Positions 23,301 through 40,860 of a stretch of DNA of 64,000 nt are shown piece by piece. The stretch covers positions 50,151 to 114,150 of the forward strand of contig NIVC01003175.1 of the NCBI GenBank assembly GCA_002269645.1. The letters are read 5' to 3'. The first letter of the stretch is position 1, and each line of letters starts with the position of its first letter. The position numbers and the translations under genes were made by a program. This stretch comes from Macrostomum lignano (taxonomy: Eukaryota). Under the pieces are notes generated by a model. The model was not told the DNA's origin. It ran no database searches and was given only the letters and a program-made list of their open reading frames with translations.

Positions 23301-26300
23301 CGGATCTCCAAGACGATGCTGAGGCTGAGCCGAAGACTGCCATTTCGATCAGTAAAAAACGTGAGCAAGGCCGAAGCGCTCAAAGCCATTAATCTACGAA
23401 CTAGTGAAGAGAAATTTATGAAGAAAGCGTCCGGTATGCTTGCCTCCAAACATCTTTCTGACAAACGGCGACCGACTAAGATCGGCGCTGATAGCCAGAG
23501 ACCGACTAAGAGCGGCTCTGATAGCCAGAGACCGACTAAGATCGGCTCTGATAGTTAGAGACCGACTAAGAGCGGCTCTGATAGCCAGAAACCGACTAAG
23601 ATCGGCTCTGATAGCCAGAGACCGACTAAGAGCGGCTCTGATAGCCAGAGACCGACTAGGAGCGGCGCTGATAGTTAGAGACCGACTAAGAGCGGCTCTG
23701 ATAGCCAGAGACCGACTAAGAGCGGCTCTGATAGCCAGAGACCGACTAGGAGCGGCGCTGATAGCCAGAGACCGACTAAGATCGGCTCTGATAGTTAGAG
23801 ACCGACTAAGAGCGGCTCTGATAGCCAGAGACCGACTAAGATCGGCTCTGATAGCCAGAGACCGACTAAGATCGGCTCTGATAGCCAGAGACCGACTAAG
23901 AGCGGCGTTGATGACCAAAGACCGACTTAGAAATTCGTTGCTAATTGTGGAAATGCCGCATCATATTCCCGTCGAAGTCCGCCCATTTCTGCTAGATGTG
24001 CGCCATCTCGTCCTTGTTGCAGTAGTTGAACGCAGAAGGTTGATTTGGATGCGACGGACGAAGATGATAGTGATACCGAGGCATTTTTTAATTGCAGAAT
24101 TTCAGAAAAATGTATGGACGGATACTTCACGGCTGAATGTAGCGTAGCTGACGTCTCAGAGGCTGAGAGTATTATTGATTTATTTAGTGATATCGAGCTT
24201 CATCCATTGTCTTACTTCGATAGTGATTTGCATCCTTCGCTAAAAGATTTTGTTTATGCTTGCAGTAATGAAGAGTATCCGGCTGCTATGAAGCCAGTAG
24301 TTCGCTCTTTCGAGAAGAAGCGCCATAACTGCTTTTTTCTGCAACCAGTTGTTGTCGAAAATCCGTCGGCATACTACTCATGTTCATGGCTCTGAACTAG
24401 ATGTACAGCGAGCTCTTTCACATGTAGCAAATTCTGAAGGTAACCCTCTGGTAAATAAACCAGATAACACCACAAGATAACATTCGCTCAAACAAGATAA
24501 CATGCTCTATTCCGGTTATGCAAAATGTTTATCTTGTATGAATCCTGTTTGCGAGACGAAATCTTACGTTTCCTTGCTTCAAACAAGATTCAAATAGGAT
24601 TCACTGATCAGGTAACAGTCAGGTAATTCATGCGAATCCTGCAGGGAAACATCATGTTATCCTGTTTGTTATCTTGTTTGTTATCCTAGGTCTGACAAAC
24701 AAGATTCACTGACCAGGTAACAGTCGGGTAATTCATGCGAATCCTGCAGGGAAACATCGTGTTATCCTGTTTGTTATCTTGTTTGTTTTCCTGTCTGACA
24801 AACAAGATTCACTGACCAGGTAACAGTCGCGTAATTCATGCTCTTAAGACTCGTTGTGTTTTCTATATAGATAAACTAAACGTCTTTTTAGCTGCTATAG
24901 TTCTCTTAAATTCCGATGTATATATGATTATGCTTTTGTATTAAATTACGCATATTTTCTCGAAAGTAAATGCTCGTAAATTTCAACTTTAAGGGGTTAA
25001 AATATTCACTGGAAATACGAGTACAAGAAGTGACTATCTTCCTCCTTTCCTAATCCTGTCAATCCATACACCTCCTTATTACAGGTTACAACATGGCAAT
25101 GGACAGACTGCGTCTTCTTGGTGACTTTGCTCACAACATTGCCGTACTCAAGAAGGAGAAGGATGGAGGAATCATTGTCTGCCGGGAAAGAACCGATGGT
25201 CGCAGACCTGAAGACTCGAATGACTACATTCCGAGCATACACTGCTTCGGATTTTTTGACGGACGAGAGATCAGCCGACACTGGAGCCGCTGCCGATACA
25301 AACCAGTGTCTGAAGCTACGTGTCGGTCAGATCCAGCCTCACAAGGTCGCTGCTTACTACTTTCTTTTTGTCTTCCATCGCAATATCCTAAAGACTATCA
25401 AGATTTATTAACCAAGATGAAAAAATGGTTCGAAAGCTACACAGCAGGAAAGACAGACTGATAAATAGTAACAACCAAAATGAGGGAGCTTGCTCGTTTA
25501 TTAATTGCTCACAGAAAACGTGTGAGTCAGCCGTCAATTAATCTGGAGAATATTTTAACTGCTGCAAACTTCGATGATCTTGTTGTCGCGACAAAGCAAG
25601 TAGCAGGTTTTTTTAGAAAGCAGACAGATGCAACTTCATATAGCTTGACGTTCCATCCATAGCTTTGAAAATAGGCTTTCATTTAAAAACTGCTGCAGAA
25701 ATTTCGTTAGTCTCCGCTTTAAAGGCTGATCTTCCCACTAAAGTCGAGGAAAGACGTAACTTTATAACTATCTGTCTTTGAAAGCATTTGGAAGCGAAAG
25801 GTATCCACCATTGCACTTTTAACACTGAAGGAGAGAAAGTCGGACAAATATGACACTTTGCCTCTGACGGAAGATATCAAGACTATTACATACTTTCTCA
25901 AGCACTCGTTAAGTGAGCAGAGAATTCAAGATTTGGCTGAGCCTGCATTACGGAAAAAGGCAGCTGAACTTATTGCAGTTCGACTCATGAGTTTTAATAG
26001 AAGACGAGCTTCTGAAACTTTTCGATTGATTTTACATAACTGGGAAGCCGCAAAAAAGGTCAAACAAAATGAAAATGACGACACGACACAAACTGTTCTC
26101 GGTGATCTTGAGTTTCAAATAAAAGACCGAATGTTACTTCCACGGGTTCGTGGAAAGCGAGCGGAAAATCCTGTGCCTCTACTCGTGCCTACAGAAGTCG
26201 GTCTGCTAATTGATGGTCTTATCAGCGCTCGTCCTTGTCCCGAAAAAAACGAATACGTCTTTAGTCAGCTGAATGGCCTGCGGTACATGTCTCCTTTTGA

Positions 26301-27568
26301 AGCCATTCAAAACGTTGTCTCATTCTGCCAAGAGCTAAGGCATCCTGAGCGACTAACTTCGACAAAGTTACGAAAGTATGTTGCAACTGCGTCCCAAGTG
26401 CTGGAGCTGAATGAGAATGAATTAGGCTGGCTTTCGAGGCACCTGGACCATAGCATCAAGGTGCATCACACTTTTTATCGTATACATGAAGATCGATCGA
26501 GGTGGGCAAACTCATGTTGGCGATCGAGGCAGGAAAGCTGGGGCAACTGAAAGGCAAAATGCTGGAAGAAATAGAGATTAACGACATTGATGCCGACTTA
26601 AAAGAATGGGAGGACAATCGGAAGGAAATCGAGAAGACGCACAAAGCACTAGAGAATTCTTGAGGAGGAAGACAACGGTCCTACACCTAGGAAAGTTGTT
26701 ACTCACTGGATTTCGACGAGAACGAGACTGGTCAGATCAAAAGGACCTTGTTGAGAAAGACTGTAAGCGTCAACGGCGCAAGCAGCAGCGATCAGAATCC
26801 CAAGTCGAAAAGAACGAAAATCCAGTGCAACAATCCGATGAGCTTGCATTAAAGGCTTAAGCGCACCTCTATCACTTAAAGCCTACTGATTCTGAAAGTG
26901 AGGACTTTCTTTATAAGCCTCCTGCTGAAATAAAAAGAAGTGGCAACTCTGTGAAGAAAGTGAAGCAGTTGCATGTTAACTGGTTAGCAGAAGAGGAGGC
27001 AGCATTCAGACGCGCTTTTCCCAGGATGCTCGAAGAATCAGGAGGCAAGGTGCCAGGTCTGCAAGCCTTGCAGCAACTTAAGCAAGCGGGATGAGCCGGC
27101 TCTGAAAGACTGGCCAGTTCTGAAGCTGAAGAGCAAATTCTTCAATGAAGTACAGAAGCTCCGAAAGCAGTGATTGGTTCAAATGGCTCATAAAACTGTT
27201 AAATCTTGACAAATTCTCTGTACTCCAATTTTTGTCAATTTTTTAAAATACGATTAGTGTTGGCTATAGCTTCAAGTTATTTCCGAATTCAGCTAGAAAA
27301 CCTCTTTAGTAGTGTCAAGTAAAACGAATGTATCTTAACATTTATGCGTTCTTATACATTTTTCTGTGCCAGATTGGGTGATTTTTTACTTAAAATATCG
27401 ATTGACTAGCTGAAAACCTCAAACCTGTAAATGAGCCAAATGAGTATAGCTGTTCAGCTTTGTAATGTAGAGGCCTTGAGATTAACTAGCTTCACTTCGG
27501 CGAACATCTTTCATTTTCAACTATAAATAATTCCATGTATAATTAATGCTGCTTATTTGCTTAACTTC

Positions 27569-27640
<72 letters not shown>

Positions 27641-28624
27641 GTCTGTCTGTCTGCCTGTTCGCTATGGACTCCCAAACCGCTCAGCCAAATGACTCCAAAT
27701 TTTCCTCCCACCCTAAACTCACTACAATTTTTTAGGCTAATTAAAAGTTACAAAACTCAAGCAGGATACCTAAAAGTACAAAGAACTGCCAAAAAGGTGC
27801 AATTTTTTACTAGATCTTCGAAAGCGTTGCTGCAATTTTACAAATCCGATTCAAATTCGACACACAAACAGTCAAACTGTTTTGACACAATCCTGTAAAA
27901 TTTCGAGTTTGTGCACTTTAAACGATGTGCTTACCTTAGCGTGAATCAGCTGGACACTGTTGAGAAATCTGCACTGCCTTAGCGGCTTAAGCATCATTGT
28001 GAGCACAGCCGCAGCCTCCCGTTTCTGATGCAGCTCCTGACTGGTAAGCATCAAGCAGAGATCCAGATCCGTGCTATTCGTGCCGAATCCGTTCAGCGAC
28101 GAACCGACAATGAAAATGCCAGCCGACTGAAATGTCGGCGACACAATCGACTGCAGAGTGTCTCTCAGCAGCAGCTTCTTGGCGTAGGTGGCGTCGGTCT
28201 GACGTTTCTCAACGAACAGCTGCCAGATTCGATTGGAGTTAAAATCTGCGTATGCCGCAGCCGCAGTCTCCGCCTGCGTTGGATTTGAAGCTGCTCGGTT
28301 GCCATGGAAACTACTGCTGCTGGTGGGGTTGGCACTGGAGCCGAGCTGTTGCAGAAAGCTTCGCTTGTCCTGGTCAGAATTTGGCAATGAAATTCTGCCA
28401 CCTCGGTTGCCATGGTAACGAGAAACAAAGCCTCCGTTGCCATGATATCCACTGACACCGCCTCTGTTGCCATAGTAACGATTACCGCCACCTTTGTTAC
28501 CATGGTAACGACTGACGCCAGCTACGTTGCCATGGTAGTTACTGACGCCGTCTCTGTTGCCCTGGTTGCTATGGTAACTAGCAGAGTTGCGACCAGGCCC
28601 AGCACTCTGATGATTGCCGCGCAT
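20352..28624 (-). CDS. TENT2: GLD-2/TENT2-like non-canonical poly(A) polymerase, copy B (2 coding exons, 6.9-kb intron)
   Basis: Exon 28624-27935 (GCTAAG|GTAAGC) carries GSSLNGFGTNSTDLDLCL. Exon 21035-20352 (ttcag|GTG CCA ATT) follows. The join reads LIHAKVPIIKFRD, matching the TENT2 LIRAKVPIVKFRD motif. N-terminal YHGN repeats. Confidence 0.88.
22244..22521 (+). CDS. Spliced chromodomain-encoding exons, probably the 5' part of the Crypton-like element
   Basis: Exon 22244-22356 MPNSNLKIHANTAKAYYVERIVKCTAKKVFVKWKRYS(AG|GTAAGT). Exon 22451-22521 (ttctag|C)MSNTWEPKRDIP...TC(G|GTGAGT). The join reads YYVERIV...FVKWKRYSSMSNTWEP, the chromodomain consensus. Confidence 0.75.
22680..23180. repeat. 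80-bp tandem repeat, about 6 copies
   Basis: GATAAATGAA recurs at 22821, 22901 and 22981. It lies in the intron after the chromodomain exons. Confidence 0.9.
23465..23905. repeat. 30-bp tandem repeat (ATAGCCAGAGACCGACTAAGAGCGGCTCTG)n, 10-aa unit SQRPTKSGSD in the element frame
   Basis: Directly visible. Some units carry TAG in the + reading frame. Confidence 0.95.
24590..24840. repeat. About 102-bp tandem repeat (2.5 copies) with ACAAGATAAC / GTTATCTTGT motifs
   Basis: GATTCACTGA(C/T)CAGGTAACAGTC...GTAATTCATGC recurs three times about 100 bp apart. Confidence 0.8.
25858..26550 (+). pseudogene. Tyrosine recombinase catalytic domain fragment
   Basis: Longest intact frame of the element: FNRRRASE, RGKR, TSTKLRK, DHSIKVHHTFY. 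Frame shifts near 26490. Confidence 0.7.
27575..27655. repeat. (CTGT)n microsatellite
   Basis: Directly visible. Confidence 0.95.
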
Positions 28625-29027
28625 AAATTAACTGGAACATGAGAAATATGACGAATAAAAAAATTATAGCACAAAATCCAACTTAGAAATATCTTAATTC
28701 ACATCCCGATCGGCTCTACTGAAACCCGACTCGATTTTTACTCTTATTTTTATATTATACTTAAAAAAAGATTTTTGGAAAAAATAAATAAAAATTGGCT
28801 GGATTATTATAGAACCTCGAAATTCAAATTTATTAATAGCGATATTTTTATTTATTTTATACCCAAGTATTAAAAAATTCTTTAAAAACTAATTAATCCA
28901 CGATATGGCATGCGACTTTGATTCCACACGCACTTCAAACAAAATAAAAGAACTATGTAGTAACAAAAATATCGCGGCGCTTATATAAATAAGCAAGGTA
29001 ATTAAATAATAAATAAATAGTCTAAAC

Positions 29028-29628
29028 TGCAACCAATCTAGGCCAACTTTGCAAGGGGAAACTACTGTAAGTAGGCATTATCCTGATATGTAAAACAGCT
29101 GAATGCAACCAATCTAGGCCAACTTTGCAAGGGGAAACTACAGTAAGTAGGCATTATCCTGATATGTAAAACAGCTGAATGCAACCAATCTAGGCCAACT
29201 TTGCAAGGGGAAACTACAGTAAGTAGGCATTATCCTGATATGTAAAACAGCTGAATGCAACCAATCTAGGCCAACTTTGCAAGGGGAAACTACTGTAAGT
29301 AGGCATTATCCTGATATGTAAAACAGCTGAATGCAACCAATCTAGGCCAACTTTGCAAGGGGAAACTACTGTAAGTAGGCATTATCCTGATATGTAAAAC
29401 AGCTGAATGCAACCAATCTAGGCCAACTTTGCAAGGGGAAACTACTGTAAGTAGGCATTATCCTGATATGTAAAACAGCTGAATGCAACCAATCTAGGCC
29501 AACTTTGCAAGGGGAAACTACAGTAAGTAGGCATTATCCTGATATGTAAAACAGCTGAATGCAACCAATCTAGGCCAACTTTGCAAGGGGAAACTACTGT
29601 AAGTAGGCATTATCCTGATATGTAAAAC
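29028..29628. repeat. 76-bp tandem repeat, 8 near-identical copies
   Basis: TGCAACCAATC at 29028, 29104, 29180 and onward. Units differ only at one A/T position. Confidence 0.95.
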
Positions 29629-30074
29629 AAAAATGGACAAATTAGCACAGCAACTCAATTACAAAGACAATAATAATAAATAGACTAGCAAAAAGGTGTA
29701 TAAAAAACTGCGTTTGTAGTCAGGTAGAAAACGGTAGGGAGCATAGTAGTGCCTAGTGCGTTAGTAACAGCCGTCGCTAAGGCAATTAAACAGAGGGTAG
29801 AAATGCAAAATAAGAACAAGCGCACCTGGTCTTACAGCAGAGACTGAACTAGATAACAAGTACAGACGTGGTAGAAGTAAAAAAAGCACTCCTTAATATA
29901 CAATACCAACTTCAGACAATGTGATAAAAATATGAATAATGAATCAATACAGGCATAAAAATTCCTGATTGTTATCAATTTAAATTGTAATATATATTCT
30001 GTTAACTAAATATATTGCAACATGGTTGATTGAGTAAAGTAAAACAGCTTTTCAGACAAAATATTCTCCGTGTA

Positions 30075-35277
<5,203 letters not shown>

Positions 35278-35409
35278 TCATTCATGCACGAGAATGGAAA
35301 AGCAAGCGCTGACTAGATGCAATCATTTTGATGCAATCATTTTGACTTCACTGGTCTTTACTGGACTCGTTAAATGCGTAATGGGATTCGCAGGTTTAGG
35401 TGCGATCGG

Positions 35410-36420
35410 TGTAGCGGATGGGACTGGGAGAGTGATCTTCTGACTGAATGGGGACTGGGAGCGGGAGGGTGATCCTCTGACTGAATGGGGACTGGGAGAG
35501 TGCTCCTCTGACTGAATGGGGACTGGGAGAGTGATCCTCTGACTGAATGGGGACTGGGAGCGGGAGGGTGATCCTCTGACTGAATGGGGACTGGGAGAGT
35601 GCTCCTCTGACTGAATGGGGACTGGGAGAGTGCTCCTCTGACTGAATGGGGACTGGGAGAGTGCTCCTCTGACTGAATGGGGACTGGGAGAGTGCTCCTC
35701 TGACTGAATGGGGACTGGGAGCGGGAGGGTGATCCTCTGACTGAATGGGGACTGGGAGAGTGATCCTCTGGCTGAATGGGGACTGGGAGAGTGCTCCTCT
35801 GACTGAATCCGGGACTGGGAGAGTGATCCTCTGACTGAATCGGGGACTGGGAGAGTGATCCTCTGGCTGAATGGGGACTGGGAGAGTGCTCCTCTGACTG
35901 AATGGGGACTGGGAGAGTGCTCCTCTGACTGAATCGGGGACTGGGAGAGTGCTCCTCTGGCTGAATGGGGACTGGGAGAGTGATCCTCTGGCTGAATGGG
36001 GACTGGGAGAGTGATCCTCTGACTGAATCGGGGACTGGGAGAGTGCTCCTCTGACTGAATTGGGACTGAGAGAGTGATCCTCTGATTGAATAGGGACTGG
36101 GAGAGTGCTCTTCTGACTGAATTGGGACTGGGAGAGTGATCCTCTGACTGAATCGGGGACTGGGAGAGTGCTCCTCTGACTGAATTGGGACTGAGAGAGT
36201 GATCCTCTGATTGAATAGGGACTGGGAGAGTGCTCTTCTGACTGAATAGGGACTGGGAGAGTGCTCTTCTGACTGAATTGGGACTGAGAGAGTGATCCTC
36301 TGATTGAATTGGGACTGAGAGAGTGATCCTCTGATTGAATAGGGACTGGGAGAGTGATCCTCTGACTGAATAGGGACTGGGAGAGTGCTCTTCTGACTGA
36401 ATAGGGACTGGGAGAGTGCT
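35410..36420. repeat. About 31-bp minisatellite (GGGACTGGGAGAGTGATCCTCTGACTGAATG)n
   Basis: TGAATG recurs at 35581 and 35612. Confidence 0.95.
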
Positions 36421-37090
36421 CTGATCCGAAGTCAAAAAGCAAAATAAGTTAAATTGCTCAATAACAAAGAGCAAATGCTGCTCATTAAGCGATGCGCCAC
36501 TGTTATTGATATTAAGAGCGCTAGGCTAAATATTATTATTTTAATAAACGATTGCTTCATATTAAGCAATTCGTATAATAGTTAATAATTTTAGTTTTTT
36601 AAAACACAGAACAAGAGACAAAAAATAATTTTGCACGTATTACTTAAATAGAGAATAGTAAGTAGTATTGACTTTACTAAGATGCCGACTGACCAATATA
36701 AACAAATGGTCATAAAAACTGTTGTTAAAACTTAACGAAAGATGAAATAGTCGTTTTTAGCATAGCTATTTGCCTAAGAGGCCTACGTGTTGCAAAAAAA
36801 GCATTAGAATTTTAACGGCACAACAACAACAACAAAGAAACAGACGAGCGAGTAAAAACGGTAGCAGCAACGAACCTGTTGAACAGCGAAATACAACAAA
36901 TGCTACAAAGCTTCCCCACATAATTACTGTTACGTCTATGAAATTATTATAATTGAACTAATTGTATTATCCCATATTCCAGTTTAAAAGCCGCCGTTTA
37001 TTATAGTTCACCGGACGCAGGCCTAATTAAAGTAACAAGGTAATAAATTAATGAGTCCGTTCGATGCAGTATTCTTATTTTAAAAGATAA

Positions 37091-39527
37091 TTAAGGTCGT
37101 CGGCCGCCACCCCGAGGCCTTCCGCCGCGCCCGCCGCCGCCTCCGCCGCCGTTCCTATCGCCGGCAGCGTCGGGTCCGCGCCTACGCGACTCCGAGAAGG
37201 TGAGCTTCAGCATGCAGGTCCGGCCGCCGACCGTGATTTCGGCATGGTTAGCCAGGCAGATGGCGTCAAGCGCGTCGCGAACGTTATCGAACATCATGAG
37301 GCCGCTGCGGATGCCTTGGTTATTAAAAAATGACACATCGTGCGGCCTGGGCGCGTCCAGATTCTCCAGCACATTGCACAAGTCCTGCTCGTTACTGTCC
37401 GGCGGCACGCCCCAAAAGTACACGGTGGTGCAGGGCTCCATGGGGTGATTCTTGCGAGCCTTTTCCGGCGTTAGAAACCTATTTAACGAGCGCTCCCTAG
37501 CGAAGAAGTCTTTGACGCTGGGCGTACCATCCGGCAGGTTAGTGAGATTCTCCGTGTTCTTGAGAAAGTCCTGACGCGCATAGTCCACCACAATGCGACG
37601 GCCCAGCACTGTGCGATTGTGCAGAAAGCGAACGCACATATCAGCGGAGGCCCTGTTGGTAGTTTGGTAGTTGGGAATTGATTGCGCTTTTAATAGTAAA
37701 ATAATATACATTTGCTGGAGCATACACCCGGCCGAGGGGCCCAGCCAAGGTAAGCCGCAAAAATGCCCATCCAAAGTACAGACGTAATGCTAATTGTATC
37801 ACGAGGCATTTTTCGTTAATAATACAGTCATAGTTACTCCTACTGTTTACCAAAAACTACGTAAATTTTTCTCAGGATTTTTTGTAGGTAGGTCGCATTT
37901 TTTGGTCAAAAAGCGACATCTACGCCGATTCTACCGATTTTACATCGCTTTTAATTTAAATCGCCTCTGCCTGATTTTACATCAGGTATAAATTCTTACC
38001 TATCAGACATCTCCACCATGGCCTGGTTGGTGTTGCTAGCAAAGAACTTGACCAGGCGCACGTTGCCGTACATGCACAGCAGATTGAAGAGCCTGTCGCA
38101 GTTCATCCGGTCGCTCAGGCCGCATAGAAACAGAATGCAGCCAGATGAGGATCCCGACTGCTGACGGCCGCCGCCGCCGCTACTGCTGGCGCGATGATAG
38201 TCGCCGGCCCGATCCCGACTGCGCGACCGGCGCCCGCTGCGACTGTCGCCGCCTCCGCCCTGATGCTCCGAGACAGCGGCAGCTGCGGCGGCGGCCTGCA
38301 GGTACTGCATGATGCCTCTGGTGTCCAGGCCGGGCACCCGGATGTCCGACAGCTGGCTGGCCAGGCCGATCAAATTCGACACCACGTCGCGACTGCCGCT
38401 GCCGCCGCCGCCGCCGCCGCCGCCACTGCTAGGAATCGGCGATCGAGAGCGTCGGGGCCGTCGGGACGGAGCTGGCCCGTAGCGATCCCGGGAGCGCGAT
38501 CGGGACCGGTCACGTGACCTGTGAGCCGCCGCGCCGCCCGGCGTTGGCAACGGCAGCTCGCGTTGCTGATTTCGAACCGGCCATTCGTCCAGAACCGAGC
38601 GCGGATCTCTGCCATAGAAAAATTTATAGTAATAAGCATTTATAACTAAAATAATTAACCAATTATTTAACTGACATATGAGGTCAGTTAGTAATTACAG
38701 TAGAATTGATAATAGATAATCTTTTTCAGTTTAATGAAAACAAAAATAGGAAGAAGCGAACAAGAGAACGGAGGAACATCGCTAAAGTTATGGAGATGCT
38801 TTCGGAGTTATCAAACCAACCGCTGGCAAAAAGTGTGCGTGCGTGTAAGTATGGACAAAGCCATTATTAAACAACACGCAACTAATACTCTCGATGACAA
38901 GGCAGCATTTAAGAAAGAAGAGGTGGCAAACCTAGCAAGCACATCGTAGGCCATCTCGGTGACATATTCAACTCGGAGCGTATTGCAATTCTCGTAGATG
39001 TCCGCCCCGTTAAGATTCGGCTTGGCCTCGGCGGCCTCTTCAACTCGACTGAATTCCACAATAGCCTGCGTGTCAATGCCGTTTTTAGTTAGGCAGACTC
39101 GCATGAGGCGACCGTAGCGGCCGCAGATTTGTCTGAACGTTTCGCAATCAATCTGCACCTCAATATGGAACAGGGTGAACAGTAGAATGCGAGTCGGATC
39201 GTGCGACAGGTAGAGTTTGTTCGGATCGGTGATGCGGGCCTGCTTGGAGAATCCGATGCCAACTGGCTGATCCCGGATGTGCACAAGTTCGCCGGATTCC
39301 GCTCGGCGAATCAATTGTTCAGCCTCGGATAGGGTGGCAAATTCCACCAGTGCCTGGTGCTGCTTGGGTATGAGGAATACGCACTTCACGTCGCCATACT
39401 GTTCAAATACTCGCTGAACCTCGCGCTCGCTAGTATTGGATAGAATGCCGCGAACGAATACAACCTTGGAAGGCTCAACGGAATGGGGCGAGCCGCCCCG
39501 CCTGGCTCGTTTGATGTCGTTTCTCAT
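37091..39527 (-). CDS. HNRNPL: Heterogeneous nuclear ribonucleoprotein L-like, 4 RRMs, 3 exons
   Basis: RRM2 ILLFTL...QAIVEF...LNGADIYENCNTLRVEY and RRM3 MNCDRLFNLLCMYGNV..VKF...AMVEM match hnRNP L. Exons 39527-38932 (AG|GTTTGC, weak donor), 38608-38000 (AG|GTAAGA) and 37652-37091, with phase-2 joins consistent. Confidence 0.85.
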
Positions 39528-40099
39528 ATTTGCAGATTTTATTCCGAAGAATGCCGGAGTGCTGAGCACTGTGCACTGGTCTGAGAAGAAATGAACAGGA
39601 CAATAAAAGTTTGCACAATGTTGGGTGCAATTGAATTACTTGGAATTGCAAGAACAGGTGCACACAAGTGGGTTGGATGACTGTAAAGTTCAATTGGCTG
39701 AGACAAGTAAGTGCCTGACCAAAAGGAAATTACCTAGCTTTAAAGTACAGATGTACTTTTTACTGGAATAGATGCTATTGATATAAAAAGTATATATTGA
39801 TAGCTATGATATTGTATTACAACATACATATATAATAGCAAGGAATGTCAACAAAAAACTTCTAAGTGAATATATTTCTATTGGCAGCTCTATTTGTAAT
39901 TGGAGCTTTGATTTGGACTTGGTTAGCAATGGTATAGCATTAGGATCTGTACCAGTTGAATCATACATGTGCAACACCTAGCCAATCTGGCTGGCTGGCA
40001 AGGGGCCTAGCCAAGGTAAGTTGCAAAAATAGACCTAAATGTAGACCTAAAAGAAGTGTCATGTAAAGCATAAAAGAATTTTCATGTAGTCATAGGGAA

Positions 40100-40860
40100 A
40101 ATTGCTAAGGTGCCAAGGCTTATAGGGGGAATTGCTAAGAGGTCAAGGCTTATGGGGCATGGCTGAGATGTCAAGGCTTATGGTGGGAATTCTAAAATGT
40201 CAAGGCTTATGGTGGGAATTGCTAAAATGTCAAAGCTTATGGTGGGAATTGCTAAAATGTCAATGCTTATGGGGCAAAATTGCTAAGATATAAAGGCTGA
40301 GGTCAGAAGCTAAATGTAGTTTTTTTTCAAAAATTTGTATTACATTCTTTGTTGGCTTTCCAATGGGGTGGCACTAATAGAAGAATTGTCATATAAAATG
40401 TGTCAATTCAAAAAGAAAGAAGAGTAATATAAAATAGAAAAGAAGCATTATGTCAAATATAAAAATGTGTCATGTTGAACATAGAATATTCATTTGGGAA
40501 TTGCTACAATGTCAAGGCTTGGAATAAATTGCTATAATGCTATGAGTTATGACTCTTAGAGAGAATTACTGAAATATCAAGGTTTATTGAGGAAGAATTG
40601 CTGAGATGTCAGGGATTTAGGGTTAGATTAGGGTATTGCTAAGATTTCTAGGCTGGCAGGTGATTTTTTGAGATTTCAAGGCTTATGAAGGGCATTGCTA
40701 AGATGTCAAGGCTCATAAGGGATTGTTGAGATGTCAATTTTAATAAGAAAAATTGCTGACATTATTGCAAGGAAAAGCTATGTATAGTTTTTTCAAAAAA
40801 ATTGTACTCTATTCATTGTTGGTTCCATAATATAAAGGTGCTAATTGCTAATAAAGGTTA
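40100..40860. repeat. Degenerate relatives of the 10690-12260 repeat unit and its flank
   Basis: GCTAAAATGTCAAGGCTTATGG...GAATT units followed by GGTCAGAAGC, as at 12181. Confidence 0.6.

Larger units (their letters stand above)
22244..27173 (+). mobile_element. Degenerate Crypton-like (CryptonV-type) tyrosine-recombinase DNA transposon, antisense within the TENT2-B intron
   Basis: Fragmented frames give KRHNCFF, LGDFAHNIAVL...GIIVCR...HCFGFF...RHWSRC, MRELARLL, LKIGFHLK, LPLTEDIK and FNRRRASE...RGKR...PLL...YVF...TSTKLRKYVAT...LSRHLDHSIKVHHTFY. This supplies the R, K, R, H, Y catalytic order of tyrosine recombinases. Several frameshifts and stops. True termini not identified. Confidence 0.7.

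Noticed and set aside
27872-27934. ORF-track C-terminal extensions past splice donors (also 4010-4046, 9662-9701, 14189-14299, 38811-38931)
   Set aside because: They are intron read-through. Strong in-phase GT-AG joins restore the conserved protein sequence instead.
29028-29628. Possible CRISPR array
   Set aside because: The 76-bp units are contiguous and near-identical with no unique spacers, there are no cas genes, and the context is eukaryotic.
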